64,000 nt of DNA from Paraspadella gotoi (lineage: Eukaryota > Animalia > Chaetognatha): contig CM119266.1 in the NCBI GenBank assembly GCA_051294375.1, positions 3,639,098 to 3,703,097 on the forward strand, in the 5' to 3' direction. Every line of letters begins with the position of its first letter. The stretch's first letter is position 1. Shown in pieces: positions 62,183-64,000 of this stretch. A model generated the notes under the pieces. The model saw only the letters and a list, made by a program, of their open reading frames with translations, was not told the DNA's origin and did no database searches. The translations under genes and the position numbers were made by a program.

Positions 62183-64000
62183 TTAAGCTACGAAATGATT
62201 GACGCAAAATTCCTTAATTCTTCCCAAAGCCTCGATCATCATTTCTTCAGGGACCGTCAGGACGACTCGGAAGAAATTTGGGTATTCGAAGACCTGAGAG
62301 GGTGGAAGAGGAAAGGAGGGAGCAATGGAGGAAGGGAGAAAGGAAAGTTGGGGAGGAGGATGAGGAAGGGAGAAAGGAAAGTTGGGGAGGGAGGAAGGAG
62401 GAAAGGAGGGAGCAATGGAGGAAGGGAGAAAGGAAAGTTGGGAGGGAGGAAACAGGAAAGGAGGAGCAATGGAGGAAGGGAGAAAGGGAAGTTGGGGGAG
62501 GAGGAAGAGGAAAGGAGGGAGCAATGGAGGAAGGGAGAAAGGAAAGTTGGGGGAGGGAGGAAGAGGAAAGGAGGGAGCAATGGAGGAAGGGAGAAAGGAA
62601 AGTTGGGGAGGGAGGAAGAGGAAAGGAGGGAGCATGGAGGAAGGGAGAAAGGATAGTTGGGGGAGGGAGGAAGAGGAAAGGAGGGAGCATTGGAGGAAGG
62701 GAGAAAGGAAAGTTGGGGAGGGAGGAAGAGGAAAGGTGGAAGCAATGGAGAAGTGGAGAAAAGGAAAGTTGGGGGAGGGAGGAAGAGGAAAATAGGGAGC
62801 ATTGGAGGTATGTAGTCGGGCATTGCATAAGTTCACCCCGATTATAAGCGTGACACCTTCAGTCATGACCCAGTGGCTCATTGAGTAAAGCCATGACCAC
62901 TAGGTACCGGGTTCAATTAATGGGAGGGGGTTGTTAGTGTTGTATTCTGGAAACAGAGGGTTATACTACTTCCTGCCCTAGATTTATATTATCATTATAT
63001 TATATATTACTAAGTGGCATTGAATTTGTGACAATACAAGTATGAAATATATGCCTCGCTAGTACTTGAATCCCAACTGAAAAATAATTGAGAAGTAGGA
63101 AAGTTTTAAAAACTTGCTGATTTTTAGCCGGATCTTGTCGGTCCCACCCCAAATTCTTGTCGGTAAGTGAATTACATTGTCTCAGAATATCGAATTATAA
63201 TAAATTATGCAAAAAAGTTGATGTCCGTCTGTCCCTGTTATCTTTGAACGCCAATTACTCATGAGTGGATGAGGCGATTGTATGTGGATAGAAAAGTGGG
63301 TGATTGAGCAGGAAATCTAGTTTCGTTGGAATCGTCTAAGTGGAAATGAGTGACATTTACTTGGATTTTTTTTATAATTAGATGGATGGATTAGAATGAA
63401 ATTTTGTTTGGGAAAGTGTGTGATTGTGTGTGATTGAGCAGGAAATCATATTTCGATGGAATCGTCCAAGTGGAAATGAGTTAACACGGAAAATAAAAAT
63501 TTCACAATTAGATTTTTTTTTATTAAATATAAATTCAAGCTGAATTAATTAATTTTGTGATCGAGATTGCTGTTTTGTGATTGGGTGGTTCTTTTTTCTC
63601 TTTCATTTTTGACATTCCAGACAAAAGACTGACTGTCCTCTGAGAATCTTACCAGACAAAAAACCGATTGTCTCTGACAATCTTACTGTAGTAGGCAAAC
63701 CAGATACTAATTGTATTGTGACTATCTTCACTGGCAGATAAATGAGCGATTGTTCTGAGAGATATCTTTCCGCCGCTGCCAGAAGAAAGATCGATTATTT
63801 TCTGACCAACTTACCGACGCTGGCAGACAAAAGACCGATTGTTCTGTGACCATCTTTTCCGTGAAGTCAACGTCACTTTTGAAGCCCGGGAATTTCTCCA
63901 TATTAACACCGACCATCAGGTACATGGCTCCTCGTGGCCGAACAGGCGTCAGACCCGGGCAGGTGGAGAGCGCAGAGAAACACAGTTTCGCGTTTTTCTG
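62183..64000 (-). CDS. TAT: Tyrosine aminotransferase, last two exons (>64000-63815 and 62293-62183)
   Basis: ...[48 protein letters not shown]|[31 protein letters not shown] matches the animal TAT C-terminus; phase-0 intron gtaag...ctcag. Confidence 0.95.
62297..62808. repeat. Purine-rich ~55-bp minisatellite in the TAT last intron
   Basis: Tandem ggagggagcaatggaggaagggagaaaggaaagttgggggagggaggaagaggaaa units. Confidence 0.95.
63121..63500 (+). mobile_element. Degenerate family A Helentron-like copy
   Basis: tttttagccggatct...gtccgtctgtcc...ccaattactcatgagtggatga; other partial copies at 28755-29000 and 56300-56353. Confidence 0.7.

Noticed and set aside
62195-62881. Several 137-232 aa low-complexity ORFs
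   Set aside because: Minisatellite artefacts; only 62293-62183 is a real TAT exon.

Overview
AT-rich, repeat-dense genomic DNA from an invertebrate animal (spliceosomal introns, interstitial TTAGGG motifs, draft assembly with a 10-N gap at 740-749); it is not prokaryotic. By hand-splicing I can support nine protein-coding loci. These are: the last exon of a S1 serine protease; a multi-exon coiled-coil protein; a type I membrane protein with a mucin-like stalk (minus strand); a PTB/PID-domain adaptor with a GC-AG intron; a two-exon putative transcription factor with a MADS-like N-terminal segment and three HTH repeats; a single-exon long-chain acyl-CoA synthetase; ZDHHC6, whose SH3 exon lies about 3.8 kb downstream and is missed by the ORF track; UBE2G1; and the 3' end of tyrosine aminotransferase. 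Introns and intergenic DNA hold nested non-autonomous elements: two Helentron/DINE-1-like families, MITE/foldback elements, a solo LTR with a target-site duplication (TSD), and three hairpin-rich tRNA-related families. There is also a family carrying Penelope-type minimal hammerhead ribozyme motifs, one copy with an 11-bp TSD. The best leads are the hammerhead family, the tRNA-containing elements with a shared 5' leader, the MADS-like/HTH protein and possible GA-AG introns. All calls were made by eye; no database searches were run.
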